DNA of 52,121 nucleotides from Bacteroidales bacterium (GTDB taxonomy: Bacteria > Bacteroidota > Bacteroidia > Bacteroidales > Muribaculaceae), in contig JAQXTJ010000066.1 of the NCBI GenBank assembly GCA_029219425.1, positions 1-52,121 on the forward strand, given 5' to 3'. This document shows, in pieces, positions 15,964 through 25,568 of this stretch (the stretch's first letter is position 1; each line of letters begins with the position of its first letter). The notes under the pieces are model-generated. The model was given only the letters and a program-made list of their open reading frames with translations, was not told the origin of the DNA and searched no databases. Made by a program: the position numbers and the translations under genes.

Positions 15964-16845
15964 ATGGAAATGGGAAATACTACGCCAAGTCACAATAATG
16001 CCGTCATTCTCATGCACTGCCCCGACCAGCCGGGCATTATCGCGGTGATCACTGAGTTTATCAACACCAATGGCGGCAACATTCTCTACCTCGACCAGTA
16101 TGTCGATCGCGTGAACGGCATCTTCTACATGCGCGTGGAGTGGGACCTCGAAAAATTCATAATCCCCAAGGAGAAAATCAACGACTACTTCTTCACTCTC
16201 TATGCCCAGCGCTACAACATGGTCTATCGCCTCTCCTTCACCGACCGGCCTCAGCGCATGGCTCTATTTGTGTCGAAGATGTCGCACTGTCTCTACGACA
16301 TCCTCGCCCGCTACACTGCCGGCGACTGGGAGGTGGAAATACCACTCATCGTGAGCAACCATCCCGACCTCGCCCATGTGGGTGAGCAATTCGGTATTCC
16401 TTTCGAGGTTATTCCCGTCAACCGCGACAATAAGGCCGAGATGGAGGCGCGTGAGTTTGAGCTTCTCGAGCGTTATGGCATCGATTTCATCGTGCTCGCC
16501 CGCTACATGCAGGTGCTCTCCGAGGAATTCATCAACCGCTACCCCAACCGCATCATCAACATTCACCACTCTTTCCTCCCTGCTTTCGTGGGCGCGAAGC
16601 CCTACCATGCCGCCTATGAGCGAGGCGTGAAACTCATCGGAGCCACCAGCCACTATGTCACCACCGAGCTCGACGCCGGCCCCATCATTGAGCAGGACAT
16701 CGTGCGCATCACTCACAAGGACACCGTGGCCAATCTGGTGCACAAAGGGCGCGACCTCGAGAAAATCGTGCTCTCCCGTGCCGTGGAGAAGCACATACAG
16801 CGCAAAATACTCACCTACAAGAATAAGACCATCGTATTCAGCTAA
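15964..16845 (+). CDS. purU: Formyltetrahydrofolate deformylase
   Basis: It has an N-terminal ACT-like domain (VILMHCPDQPGIIA) and a formyltransferase core (IINIHHSFLPAF…GATSHYV). Confidence 0.9.
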   Translation: MEMGNTTPSHNNAVILMHCPDQPGIIAVITEFINTNGGNILYLDQYVDRVNGIFYMRVEWDLEKFIIPKEKINDYFFTLYAQRYNMVYRLSFTDRPQRMALFVSKMSHCLYDILARYTAGDWEVEIPLIVSNHPDLAHVGEQFGIPFEVIPVNRDNKAEMEAREFELLERYGIDFIVLARYMQVLSEEFINRYPNRIINIHHSFLPAFVGAKPYHAAYERGVKLIGATSHYVTTELDAGPIIEQDIVRITHKDTVANLVHKGRDLEKIVLSRAVEKHIQRKILTYKNKTIVFS

Positions 16846-16847
16846 TC

Positions 16848-17441
16848 ATGAAGGTTGCGATCCTCAAATATAATGCCGGCAATGTGTTCTCGGTGCTCCA
16901 TGCACTGAAGCGCATCGGCGTGGAGGCTGTCGTCACCGACGACCCCGCCACCCTGCGCTCGGCCGACAGGGTGATTTTTCCCGGCGTGGGTGAGGCTTCG
17001 ACCGCAATGGGCTATCTGCGCGAACATAGTCTCGACGCGCTCATCAAGTCGCTCACGCAGCCTGTGCTCGGAATTTGCATAGGCATGCAACTCCTTTGCC
17101 GGCACTCTGAGGAAGGCGACACCGACTGCCTCGGCATCTTCGATGTCCCGGTTTGCCGCTTCAACCACGCATCTGCACCCGAAATGAAGATTCCTCACAT
17201 GGGATGGGACACCATCGAAGCCACCCCGGGCAAGCTCATCGACGCCCACAGCGCCGCCGGACACCTCTATTTCGTACACAGCTACTACGCGCCGGTGTGT
17301 GAGCACACCATTGCCACCTGCAACTACATCACGCCCTTCAGCGCAGCACTCCACAAAGACAATTTCTATGCCACACAGTTTCACCCCGAAAAGAGTGGCT
17401 CTGTGGGCGAAACCATACTTAAAAATTTCATTACGCTATGA
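16848..17441 (+). CDS. hisH: Imidazole glycerol phosphate synthase, glutaminase subunit
   Basis: A GATase class I triad context is present: GICIGMQLL, and HSYY…QFHPEKSG. Confidence 0.93.
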   Translation: MKVAILKYNAGNVFSVLHALKRIGVEAVVTDDPATLRSADRVIFPGVGEASTAMGYLREHSLDALIKSLTQPVLGICIGMQLLCRHSEEGDTDCLGIFDVPVCRFNHASAPEMKIPHMGWDTIEATPGKLIDAHSAAGHLYFVHSYYAPVCEHTIATCNYITPFSAALHKDNFYATQFHPEKSGSVGETILKNFITL

Positions 17442-18184
17442 TTGAAGTGATTCCCGCCATCGACATTATCGATGGAAAATGCGTCCGCCTCACACGAGGG
17501 AACTACGAAGAGAAGCGCATCTACAATGAGTCGCCTCTCGATGTGGCACGCGCCTTTGAGGACGCCGGCTGCCGTCGCCTACACGTCGTTGACCTCGACG
17601 GCGCTCGCTCCCAGCACATCACCAACTACAAGGTACTCGAAGCAATCGCCTCTCACACCGAACTCAAGGTTGACTTTGGGGGCGGCTTAAAGAGCGACGA
17701 CGATGTGCGCATCGCATTTGAGTGTGGAGCAGAGAAAGTGACCGGCGGCAGCATCGCAGTGAAGAGTCCCACTACCTTCGAGCGCTGGCTCGCCACCTAC
17801 GGCTCGCGACGCGTGATTCTCGGCGCCGACACCCGCGACGGCAAGATTCTCACCGACGGCTGGCAGCAGGGCAGCAACCAGAGCATCATTCCTTTCATCG
17901 AGGAATATGTGCAGAAGGGAATCACACAGGTTATCAGCACCGACGTGAGCTGCGACGGCACGCTCACCGGCCCATCGGTGAAGCTCTATGTGGAAATTCT
18001 CAAGAAGTTCCCACGCCTGTTCCTCATAGCAAGCGGTGGCGTGGGTCGCCTGTCCGACCTCGCCGACCTGGAGCGAAGTGGCATTCCTGCCGTTATTGTG
18101 GGCAAGGCTATCTATGAGAATTGCATCACTCTAAAAGATTTAGAACGAATTAATCTCACCGGAACATGCTTGCCCGACGCATAA
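17438..18184 (+). CDS. hisA: ProFAR isomerase
   Basis: It begins [14 protein letters not shown], contains GGGL and SGGV motifs, and overlaps the hisH stop. Confidence 0.93.
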   Translation: MIEVIPAIDIIDGKCVRLTRGNYEEKRIYNESPLDVARAFEDAGCRRLHVVDLDGARSQHITNYKVLEAIASHTELKVDFGGGLKSDDDVRIAFECGAEKVTGGSIAVKSPTTFERWLATYGSRRVILGADTRDGKILTDGWQQGSNQSIIPFIEEYVQKGITQVISTDVSCDGTLTGPSVKLYVEILKKFPRLFLIASGGVGRLSDLADLERSGIPAVIVGKAIYENCITLKDLERINLTGTCLPDA

Positions 18185-18921
18185 TCCCCTGCCTCGACGT
18201 GAAGGACGGAACAACCGTGAAAGGCGTGAATTTCGTCAACTTCAAGGATGCCGGCGACCCTGTGGCCCTCGGCAAGCGATATTGCGACGAAGGCGCCGAC
18301 GAACTGGTGTTTCTCGACATCACCGCATCGCACGAGGGACGCGGCACTTTCATCGACATGGTGCGCCGCGTGGCCGAGAATGTGAGCATTCCTTTCACCG
18401 TGGGTGGAGGAATTTCCTCGGTGCACGATGTGGGCCGATTGCTCGAAGCCGGTGCCGACAAGGTTTCAGTCAACTCTGCCGCCCTGCGCCGTCCCGGGCT
18501 TATCGACGAGATTGCACACCACTTCGGCAACCAGGTGTGCGTGCTGGCTATCGACGCTCGCTGCACCAATGGCGAGTGGACCTGCTACCTCAATGGTGGT
18601 CGCATTGCAACCAATCGCCGGCTCATCGAGTGGGCACACGAAGGCCAAGAGCGTGGTGCCGGCGAAATTCTCTTCACCAGCATGGACCATGATGGCGTGA
18701 AGCAAGGCTTCGCATGCGAAGCCCTCAGCAAGCTCTCGTCGCAAATCCACATTCCGCTCATCGCCTCGGGCGGCTGCGGAGCAAGAGAGCATTTCCTCGA
18801 TGTATTCTCCCTGGGTCACGCCGATGCCGCACTTGCCGCAAGTGTGTTTCACTTCAATGAAATTCAGATTCCTGCCCTAAAGCAATATCTTCACCAGGCC
18901 GGTATCCCGGTGCGGCTTTAG
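18166..18921 (+). CDS. hisF: Imidazole glycerol phosphate synthase, cyclase subunit
   Basis: It contains [11 protein letters not shown]…FLDITAS…VGGGI…ASGG, the classic HisF pattern. Confidence 0.95.
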   Translation: MLARRIIPCLDVKDGTTVKGVNFVNFKDAGDPVALGKRYCDEGADELVFLDITASHEGRGTFIDMVRRVAENVSIPFTVGGGISSVHDVGRLLEAGADKVSVNSAALRRPGLIDEIAHHFGNQVCVLAIDARCTNGEWTCYLNGGRIATNRRLIEWAHEGQERGAGEILFTSMDHDGVKQGFACEALSKLSSQIHIPLIASGGCGAREHFLDVFSLGHADAALAASVFHFNEIQIPALKQYLHQAGIPVRL

Positions 18922-18961
18922 TCTTTCCATCAAAAAATTTCACCCTCTAAAGTTTATTCTC

Positions 18962-19585
18962 ATGCAACTCGATTTCGATAAACTCGGCGGCTTAATCCCC
19001 GCCATCATACAAGATGCCCGCACAAAGAATGTGCTTATGCTCGGCTTCATGAATCCCGAAGCCTATGCCAAGACTCTGGAGCTGAAAAAAGTCACTTTCT
19101 TCAGCCGCACCAGAAACCGGCTCTGGACCAAGGGCGAGGAAAGCGGCAACTTCCTCAATGTGGTATCAATCGACGTGGATTGCGACCGCGACACCCTTCT
19201 CATAAAGGCCATCCCCGAAGGCCCCGTGTGCCACACCGGCTCTGCCACCTGTTTTTCTCCGTACAACAGCCTTGGCATTCAGTTCCTCTCCGAGCTGCAA
19301 GACTTCATCGAGCAGCGCCACCGTGAGATGCCCAAGGGCTCCTACACCACTTCTCTTTTCGAAAGCGGCATCAACCGCATGGCGCAGAAGGTGGGCGAAG
19401 AAGCGGTGGAAACCGTAATCGAAGCCACAAATGGCACCGACGGCCGTATGATGTATGAGGCTTCCGACCTCCTCTACCACCTCATCGTGCTGCTCACAGC
19501 CAAGGGGCGCCGCATCGAGGAGCTTGCCGAGGCACTGGAAAACCGACACAACAAGAAGAAAGCCGACTATGACACCGATTGTTGA
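18962..19585 (+). CDS. hisIE: Bifunctional phosphoribosyl-AMP cyclohydrolase / phosphoribosyl-ATP pyrophosphatase
   Basis: The HisI part is FFSRTRNRLWTKGEESGN…CDRDTLL…GPVCHTG. The HisE part is YTTSLF…KVGEEA.E…EASDLLYHL. Confidence 0.93.
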   Translation: MQLDFDKLGGLIPAIIQDARTKNVLMLGFMNPEAYAKTLELKKVTFFSRTRNRLWTKGEESGNFLNVVSIDVDCDRDTLLIKAIPEGPVCHTGSATCFSPYNSLGIQFLSELQDFIEQRHREMPKGSYTTSLFESGINRMAQKVGEEAVETVIEATNGTDGRMMYEASDLLYHLIVLLTAKGRRIEELAEALENRHNKKKADYDTDC

Positions 19586-20234
19586 CTACCGCAACGTGCT
19601 CGTCACGCGCAACGACCTTATCGTCCTTAAAGACGTCACTTTCACTCTCGATAAGGGAGAATTTGCCTATCTCATTGGCAAGGTGGGCAGCGGCAAGAGC
19701 AGCCTTATGAAGACGATGTATGCCGAAGTGTCAGTCGAAGAGGGTGAGGCTCTCGTGCTCGACTTCGATGTTGCCCGCCTCAAGCGACGACAGATTCCCT
19801 CCCTACGGCGACAGATAGGCATCGTCTTTCAGGACTTCCAGCTACTCACCGACCGCTCCGCTCACGACAATCTGGAGTTTGTGCTACGGGCTACCGGCTG
19901 GACCGACAAGGCAGCTATCGCCGAGCGCATCGAGGAGGTGCTCACCCGTGTGGGCATGGTGAAAAAGTCCTACAAGATGCCTCACGAGCTTTCGGGCGGC
20001 GAGCAGCAGCGCATTGTCATTGCCCGTGCTCTGCTCAATAAGCCACAGCTAATCCTGGCCGACGAGCCTACGGGCAATCTTGACCCCGACACAAGCCACC
20101 AGATTGTGGCTCTCCTCCACAACATCGCCTCAAAGGGCACCACCGTGCTGATGGCCACCCACAACCTGCAACTCATCAGCGACTTTCCCGGTCGTGTGCT
20201 CAAGTGCGAGGCCAAGCGCCTCGTGCAATGCTGA
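19569..20234 (+). CDS. ftsE: Cell division ATP-binding protein FtsE-like ABC ATPase
   Basis: It has Walker [10 protein letters not shown], the signature LSGGEQQR and Walker [16 protein letters not shown] 19569 is preferred over the longer track ORF, which overlaps hisIE. Confidence 0.85.
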   Translation: MTPIVDYRNVLVTRNDLIVLKDVTFTLDKGEFAYLIGKVGSGKSSLMKTMYAEVSVEEGEALVLDFDVARLKRRQIPSLRRQIGIVFQDFQLLTDRSAHDNLEFVLRATGWTDKAAIAERIEEVLTRVGMVKKSYKMPHELSGGEQQRIVIARALLNKPQLILADEPTGNLDPDTSHQIVALLHNIASKGTTVLMATHNLQLISDFPGRVLKCEAKRLVQC

Positions 20235-20316
20235 TTTTCAGCTATCTTTCAAGGCATTTTGGGCAAAGCGCTAAAATAATTTTTGGCACTTTGCTTTCAT
20301 TTTGCACATTTTTTTG

Positions 20317-20324
20317 TAATTTTG
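20317..20324 (+). promoter_or_regulatory. Bacteroidetes -7 box TAATTTTG
   Basis: Matches TAnnTTTG, 59 nt upstream of the lysC ATG at 20383. Confidence 0.5.
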
Positions 20325-20382
20325 CACTTTCACTTTATTATTGTAAATAATCTGTAAAAAACTAATATAAATTTTGTATCCG

Positions 20383-21705
20383 ATGAAGGTCTTGAAATTT
20401 GGAGGAACTTCGGTTGGCTCCGCCGAAAGAATTAAGAATGTGGCTAAACTGGTCGTGGAGCGCGGCAAGAATATCGTCGTGCTTTCGGCTATGTCGGGAA
20501 CTACAAATACGCTCGTAGAAATATCCGACTATCTCTACAAGCACAACATAGATGGTGCCAAGGAAACCATCAACATCCTGGAAAACAAATATTTCGCCAC
20601 CATTCACGACCTCTTCTCCGCCGAGGCCGACCGCGAGGCTGCCACCACCGAGATTAAGGCGTGCTTCAACTACATCCGCTCTTTCACCAAGGATCTCTTC
20701 ACAATCTTCGAGGAAAAGGAGATTCTTGCACAGGGTGAGCTAATGTCAACCGCCCTCATGAATATCTACATGCACTCTATCGGCGTGAAGTCGGTAATAA
20801 TCCCGGCTCTCGACTATGTGCGCACCGACAAGAATGGCGAGCCCGACACCCAGTACATCAAGCAGAAGCTCACCGCTCTGCTCGAGAAATATGCCGATGC
20901 CGAGGTGTTTATCACTCAGGGCTACATCTGCCGAAATGCCTACGGCGAAATCGACAACCTGCAACGCGGCGGAAGCGACTACAGTGCCTCTCTCATTGGC
21001 GCAGCCATCTGCGCCGAGGAAATTGAAATATGGACCGACATCGACGGCATGCACAACAACGACCCTCGATTCGTGGAAGGCACCACGCCCGTCGATGAGC
21101 TGCACTTTGAGGAAGCTGCCGAGCTGGCCTACTTCGGAGCGAAGATTCTCCACCCCACTTGCGTGCTTCCGGCAAAGCTCAACAATATCCCCGTGCGACT
21201 GCTCAACACCATGTGTCCCGAGGCAAAGGGCACGCTAATCCACAACACCAGTGGCAAGGGCACCATCAAGGCTATCGCCGCAAAGGACAACATCACCGCC
21301 ATCAAAATCAAGTCGGGACGTATGCTCCTCGCCTACGGTTTTCTCCGCAAGGTGTTCGAGATTTTCGAAACCTACAAGACTCCTATCGACATGATTGCCA
21401 CCTCGGAGGTGGGCGTGTCGGTCACTATCGACAGCGAGAAGAACCTCGACCCCATCCTCGACGACCTCAAGAAATTCGGCACCGTCACCATCGACCGCGA
21501 CATGGTTATCATCTGCGTCGTGGGCGACCTCGAGTGGCACAACACCGGCATCGAGGCTCTTGCTCTCGAGGCTATCAAGGAAGTGCCTGTTCGCATGATT
21601 TCCTATGGAGGCAGCAACTATAATGTGTCGTTTCTCGTGAAGAAGGAGGACAAGGTGCGCACCCTCAATCTTCTCAGCGACCATATTTTCAAAAAGACTA
21701 AATAA
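20383..21705 (+). CDS. lysC: Aspartate kinase
   Basis: It has the MKVLKFGGTSVG N-terminus, a kinase core and C-terminal ACT domains. Confidence 0.93.
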   Translation: MKVLKFGGTSVGSAERIKNVAKLVVERGKNIVVLSAMSGTTNTLVEISDYLYKHNIDGAKETINILENKYFATIHDLFSAEADREAATTEIKACFNYIRSFTKDLFTIFEEKEILAQGELMSTALMNIYMHSIGVKSVIIPALDYVRTDKNGEPDTQYIKQKLTALLEKYADAEVFITQGYICRNAYGEIDNLQRGGSDYSASLIGAAICAEEIEIWTDIDGMHNNDPRFVEGTTPVDELHFEEAAELAYFGAKILHPTCVLPAKLNNIPVRLLNTMCPEAKGTLIHNTSGKGTIKAIAAKDNITAIKIKSGRMLLAYGFLRKVFEIFETYKTPIDMIATSEVGVSVTIDSEKNLDPILDDLKKFGTVTIDRDMVIICVVGDLEWHNTGIEALALEAIKEVPVRMISYGGSNYNVSFLVKKEDKVRTLNLLSDHIFKKTK

Positions 21706-21711
21706 ACGTTT

Positions 21712-22860
21712 ATGAATTTTCCAATTGATAAATTCAGCCACATCTCCACACCTTTCTATTACTACGACACCGAGCTGCTCCGTGCCACGCTTGCCGAAAT
21801 CAACCGCTGCACGGCGGGCTTCCCATTCAAGGTGCACTATGCCGTGAAGGCTAATGCAAATGCCTCAATCCTCGCAATGGTGCGCGAGGCCGGCCTTGGA
21901 ATCGACTGCGTGAGCGGAGGCGAGATGGCCGCTGCCCTCAATGCTGGCTTCACTGGCAGCCAGATTGCATTTGCAGGTGTGGGTAAGACCGACGACGAAA
22001 TATCGGCCGGTATCGACAGCGACATCTTCTGCTTCAATGTGGAGTCGCTGCCCGAGATGGAAGTTATCAATGCCATAGCAGCCTCTAAGGGAAAGGTTGC
22101 CCGCATCGCCATTCGCGTCAATCCCAATATCGACGCTCACACTCACAAGTATATCACCACAGGCCTCAATGAGAACAAGTTCGGAATCAGCATCCCGCAG
22201 CTCAGTGAGGTTATCGACGCCGTTCTTGTAATGCCCAATGTGCAGCTCATCGGCCTACACTTCCACATCGGCTCACAGATCACAGAGAGCGAGCCTTTCG
22301 TGATGCTCTGCCACAAGGCCAATGAGCTTCAGAACCAGCTCGAAGCCCGCGGCCTGAACCTATCAATCATAAATGTAGGCGGCGGCCTGGGCATCGACTA
22401 CTCCAACCCCGACGGAGCTCCCATCGCCGGTTTCGAGCAATACTTCGGCATCTTCAAGCAGCACCTAAAGCTGCGCCCGGGTCAGGAGCTACACTTCGAG
22501 CTCGGACGCGCTGTGGTAGCCCAGTGTGGCTCACTCATCACACGCGTCACCTACGTTAAGACGGGCATTGCTAAGAAATTCATCATTGTGGATGCCGGAA
22601 TGAGCGACCTCATTCGCCCTGCTCTCTATCAGGCTCACCACAAGATTGAGAACATCTCGGCTCCTGCCGGCACTCCAACCGAAACCTACGACGTGGTTGG
22701 CCCCATCTGTGAGTCGAGCGACTGCTTCGGCACCGACGAGGTTCTCCCCACCACCCGACGCGGCGACCTCATCGCACTGCGCTCGGCAGGTGCCTACGGC
22801 GAGATTATGGCTTCGCGCTACAATTGCCGTAAGTTCCCCGCTTCGGTCACACAGCTGTGA
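21712..22860 (+). CDS. lysA: Diaminopimelate decarboxylase
   Basis: It has the PLP lysine motif HYAVKAN, the GGGLGI motif and C-terminal ESSD…GAY elements. Confidence 0.93.
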   Translation: MNFPIDKFSHISTPFYYYDTELLRATLAEINRCTAGFPFKVHYAVKANANASILAMVREAGLGIDCVSGGEMAAALNAGFTGSQIAFAGVGKTDDEISAGIDSDIFCFNVESLPEMEVINAIAASKGKVARIAIRVNPNIDAHTHKYITTGLNENKFGISIPQLSEVIDAVLVMPNVQLIGLHFHIGSQITESEPFVMLCHKANELQNQLEARGLNLSIINVGGGLGIDYSNPDGAPIAGFEQYFGIFKQHLKLRPGQELHFELGRAVVAQCGSLITRVTYVKTGIAKKFIIVDAGMSDLIRPALYQAHHKIENISAPAGTPTETYDVVGPICESSDCFGTDEVLPTTRRGDLIALRSAGAYGEIMASRYNCRKFPASVTQL

Positions 22861-22912
22861 ATAATGTAAGTGTTTTCCCAATGATTTTTTACTCATCTTA
22901 AAGCAATATTTT

Positions 22913-24679
22913 ATGGCTGAGATTCAAGAGAACAATCCAACCGAGAAAAAATCGCTGAATTTCATTCAGCAAATCATAACCGATGACCTGAGAGATGGCA
23001 AGAACGCCGGACGCGTGCAGACACGTTTCCCACCCGAGCCTAATGGCTATCTCCACATCGGTCACGCCAAGGCTATTGCCATCGACTTCGGAGCAGCCGA
23101 TATGTTTGGTGGCACATGCAACCTGCGTTTCGACGACACCAACCCAACAAAGGAGGACATTGAGTTTGTCAAGTCAATTGAAGAAGACATAAAGTGGCTT
23201 GGATTCAAGTGGGACAAGGTACTCTATGCCTCCGATTACTTCCAGCAGCTCTGGGACCTCGCCGTTGCTCTTATCAAGAAGGGTAAGGCCTATGTCGATG
23301 AGCAGACTGCCGAGGAGATTGCCGCTCAAAAAGGCACACCCACTCAGCCCGGCACAGAGTCGCCCTACCGCAACCGCCCCGTGGAGGAAAGCCTGCGTCT
23401 TTTCGAAGAAATGAACTCCGGAAACATTGAGCCGGGACGCATGGTGCTCCGCGCCAAGATTGATATGGCTTCCGACAATATGCACTTCCGCGACCCTATC
23501 ATGTATCGCGTGCTCAATATCCCTCACTGGCGCACAGGCAACAAGTGGAACGCTTATCCTATGTACGACTACACTCACGGCCAGTGCGACTACTGGGAGG
23601 GCGTGACCCACTCTATCTGCACTCTCGAGTTTGTTCCTCACCGTCCGCTCTACGACCTGTTCGTAGATTGGGCTAAGGAGGTGGCCGGCGACGACAAGCC
23701 TCTCGATGACAACCGCCCGCGCCAATATGAGTTCAACAAGCTCAATCTCACACACATCCTGCTGTCGAAGCGCAACCTGCTAATCCTTGTGAAAGAAGGC
23801 GTGGTGAATGGCTGGGACGACCCACGAATGCCTACCATCTGTGGATATCGTCGCCGCGGATATTCGCCCGAGGGTATTCTTGCCTTTATCAACAAGATTG
23901 GCTACACTACCTTCGACGCACTCAACCAGATGTCGCTCTTCGAGAGTGCCGTGCGCGACGACCTCAATAAGCGCGCCCTGCGCGTGAGTGCCGTGGTCGA
24001 TCCCGTGAAGCTCGTCATCACCAATTTCCCCGAGGGCGAAGTGGAGACCTACGAGGTAATAAACAACCCCGAGAATGAGGCCGACGGCACTCACTCCATC
24101 GAGTTCAGCCGTGAGCTATGGATTGAGCGCGACGACTTCATGGAGGATGCTCCCAAGAAGTTCTTCCGCCTCGGTCCCGGCAAGGAGGTGCGCCTCAAGA
24201 ACTCCTACATCATTCGCTGCCCCGAGGAGAATTTCTGCAAGAAAGACGAGAATGGCCGTATAGTGGAAATCTACGCCGAGCTCGTACCCGACACCAAGAC
24301 CGGTCAGGCCAACTCCAACATGAAGATAAAGGGCAAGACCATTCACTGGGTGTCGTGCAACCACTGCCTCGAAGCCGAGGTGCGCAACTACGACAAGCTC
24401 TGGCTCGTGGAAAATCCCCGCGACGCCGTGGCCAACTACTCCAAGGAGAATGGCGACGTGCGCGGCATCGAAGCTATGCGCCCGTTCCTCAACCCCGACT
24501 CGCTCGAAGTGAAAAGGGCTTTTGTCGAGAAGTGGTGCGCCACACGCAAGCCGCTCGACTATCTCCAGTTCCAGCGCATAGGCTATTACACTGTGGATTA
24601 CGATTCCACTCCCGACCACCTCGTCTTCAACCGCACTGTTACCCTCAAGGACGGTTGGGCAAAGGCTCAGAATAAATAG
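22913..24679 (+). CDS. glnS: Glutamine--tRNA ligase
   Basis: It has PEPNGYLHIGHAKA (HIGH) and a LLSKR (KMSKS-like) motif. The size (588 aa) fits. Confidence 0.96.
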   Translation: MAEIQENNPTEKKSLNFIQQIITDDLRDGKNAGRVQTRFPPEPNGYLHIGHAKAIAIDFGAADMFGGTCNLRFDDTNPTKEDIEFVKSIEEDIKWLGFKWDKVLYASDYFQQLWDLAVALIKKGKAYVDEQTAEEIAAQKGTPTQPGTESPYRNRPVEESLRLFEEMNSGNIEPGRMVLRAKIDMASDNMHFRDPIMYRVLNIPHWRTGNKWNAYPMYDYTHGQCDYWEGVTHSICTLEFVPHRPLYDLFVDWAKEVAGDDKPLDDNRPRQYEFNKLNLTHILLSKRNLLILVKEGVVNGWDDPRMPTICGYRRRGYSPEGILAFINKIGYTTFDALNQMSLFESAVRDDLNKRALRVSAVVDPVKLVITNFPEGEVETYEVINNPENEADGTHSIEFSRELWIERDDFMEDAPKKFFRLGPGKEVRLKNSYIIRCPEENFCKKDENGRIVEIYAELVPDTKTGQANSNMKIKGKTIHWVSCNHCLEAEVRNYDKLWLVENPRDAVANYSKENGDVRGIEAMRPFLNPDSLEVKRAFVEKWCATRKPLDYLQFQRIGYYTVDYDSTPDHLVFNRTVTLKDGWAKAQNK

Positions 24680-24710
24680 TGCGGTCTTAGCACATTTCAA
24701 TGATAAATTG

Positions 24711-24746
24711 GCCAATTTAGCGTATTTACTGCTAAATTGGCTTTTT
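24711..24746 (+). terminator. Rho-independent terminator of glnS
   Basis: Perfect 11-bp stem GCCAATTTAGC / GCTAAATTGGC, a 9-nt loop, then TTTTT. Confidence 0.75.
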
Positions 24747-24783
24747 ATTGCAAACAAAATTTTTCCATTTCTCGTTTTTATAG

Positions 24784-24791
24784 TATATTTG
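24784..24791 (+). promoter_or_regulatory. Bacteroidetes -7 box TATATTTG
   Basis: Matches TAnnTTTG, 21 nt before ATG 24812. Confidence 0.45.
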
Positions 24792-24811
24792 TGCAAACTA
24801 TATCAACTGTT

Positions 24812-25198
24812 ATGCTTTCGCCGCTGAGGTCTCTCATACTATCCTTTGGTCTGTGGGTCGTGATGTCGCTCACTGTATCGGCTGGCGTCATAGGCGAGCC
24901 GGGATCACCTGCGCCTGCCAATGAGTGCGAGCTCAGCGATAATGTATTGCACACGGGAGCTATCCTTTTCACGGGCATCGATGGTAACACTCCTCTCGGG
25001 CAGTTGCCTCGCTCCGAGTATGGCACATCTCACCTTCAGCTCGGAAAGATTCTCACCGCCTGCCGCCATTTCCCCTCGTTTTGCCGCAGAATTGCTCTTG
25101 CTCGTATAGAATATCGCATTAAGATAGCATCGCAAGCCACAGGCAGGCTAAATGCCGCCGACTACTATGTATTCACCCTGCGACGTATCATCATTTAA
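24812..25198 (+). CDS. Hypothetical secreted protein (128 aa), coding status uncertain
   Basis: It has a signal-peptide-like N-terminus (MLSPLRSLILSFGLWVVMSLTVSAG) and a promoter box at the right distance. Against that, it uses rare codons (ATA, CTA, AGG, AGA), and four ORFs overlap here on both strands. I recognise no family. Confidence 0.35.
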   Translation: MLSPLRSLILSFGLWVVMSLTVSAGVIGEPGSPAPANECELSDNVLHTGAILFTGIDGNTPLGQLPRSEYGTSHLQLGKILTACRHFPSFCRRIALARIEYRIKIASQATGRLNAADYYVFTLRRIII

Positions 25199-25380
25199 GC
25201 ACGCGTGCGCCGTGATGATGCTTTGTGCCTATCCACTACTGTGCTATCTCACTACTGAAAACTCTTATTCTTGCACAACTAATTTAATCTACAATGAACA
25301 ACACATCCAACGATGACAACGATACAAATCAAATCGAGCACAACAAACGGGCTATAAGCTAATCCATAAAGATTCTTCAA

Positions 25381-25412
25381 GGCAGTCATTCAACTCAGAT
25401 GGCTGCCTTTTT
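25381..25412 (+). terminator. Rho-independent terminator
   Basis: A 9-bp stem GGCAGTCAT / ATGGCTGCC (one G-U pair), a 9-nt loop, then TTTTT. Confidence 0.7.
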
Positions 25413-25447
25413 CTTGCATTTCATTGCCCATTTGCCGCCAAATGTTG

Positions 25448-25455
25448 TAAATTTG
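25448..25455 (+). promoter_or_regulatory. Bacteroidetes -7 box TAAATTTG
   Basis: Matches TAnnTTTG, about 113 nt upstream of the DUF2461 ATG. Confidence 0.5.
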
Positions 25456-25466
25456 CACCATCAAAA

Positions 25467-25512
25467 AAATCTTTCTTCAACGCTCATTCAGCATCCAAGA
25501 AAGATTTATTTT
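25467..25512 (+). terminator. Leader hairpin with U-tract (attenuator-like or 5' stabiliser)
   Basis: Perfect 11-bp stem AAATCTTTCTT / AAGAAAGATTT with a 19-nt loop, followed by ATTTT. It lies between the -7 box and the 25569 start codon. Confidence 0.4.
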
Positions 25513-25568
25513 CAAGACGTGCGCCCGGCAGCCGAAAACATAGAGCAATATAATTAAGAACAAAAAAT

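Noticed and set aside
20235-20382. Expected lysine riboswitch, or another leader RNA, upstream of lysC-lysA.
   Set aside because: The spacer is short and AT-rich. It contains only a promoter box. None of the lysine riboswitch core motifs are present.
20271-20468. A 65-aa minus-strand ORF in the ftsE-lysC spacer, and similar small ORFs bridging intergenic DNA (30584..30871, 40374..40574, 44896..45132, 26097..26324).
   Set aside because: They lie in AT-rich promoter or terminator DNA or in the heptamer repeats. They overlap the ends of real genes. They have no start context or recognisable sequence features.
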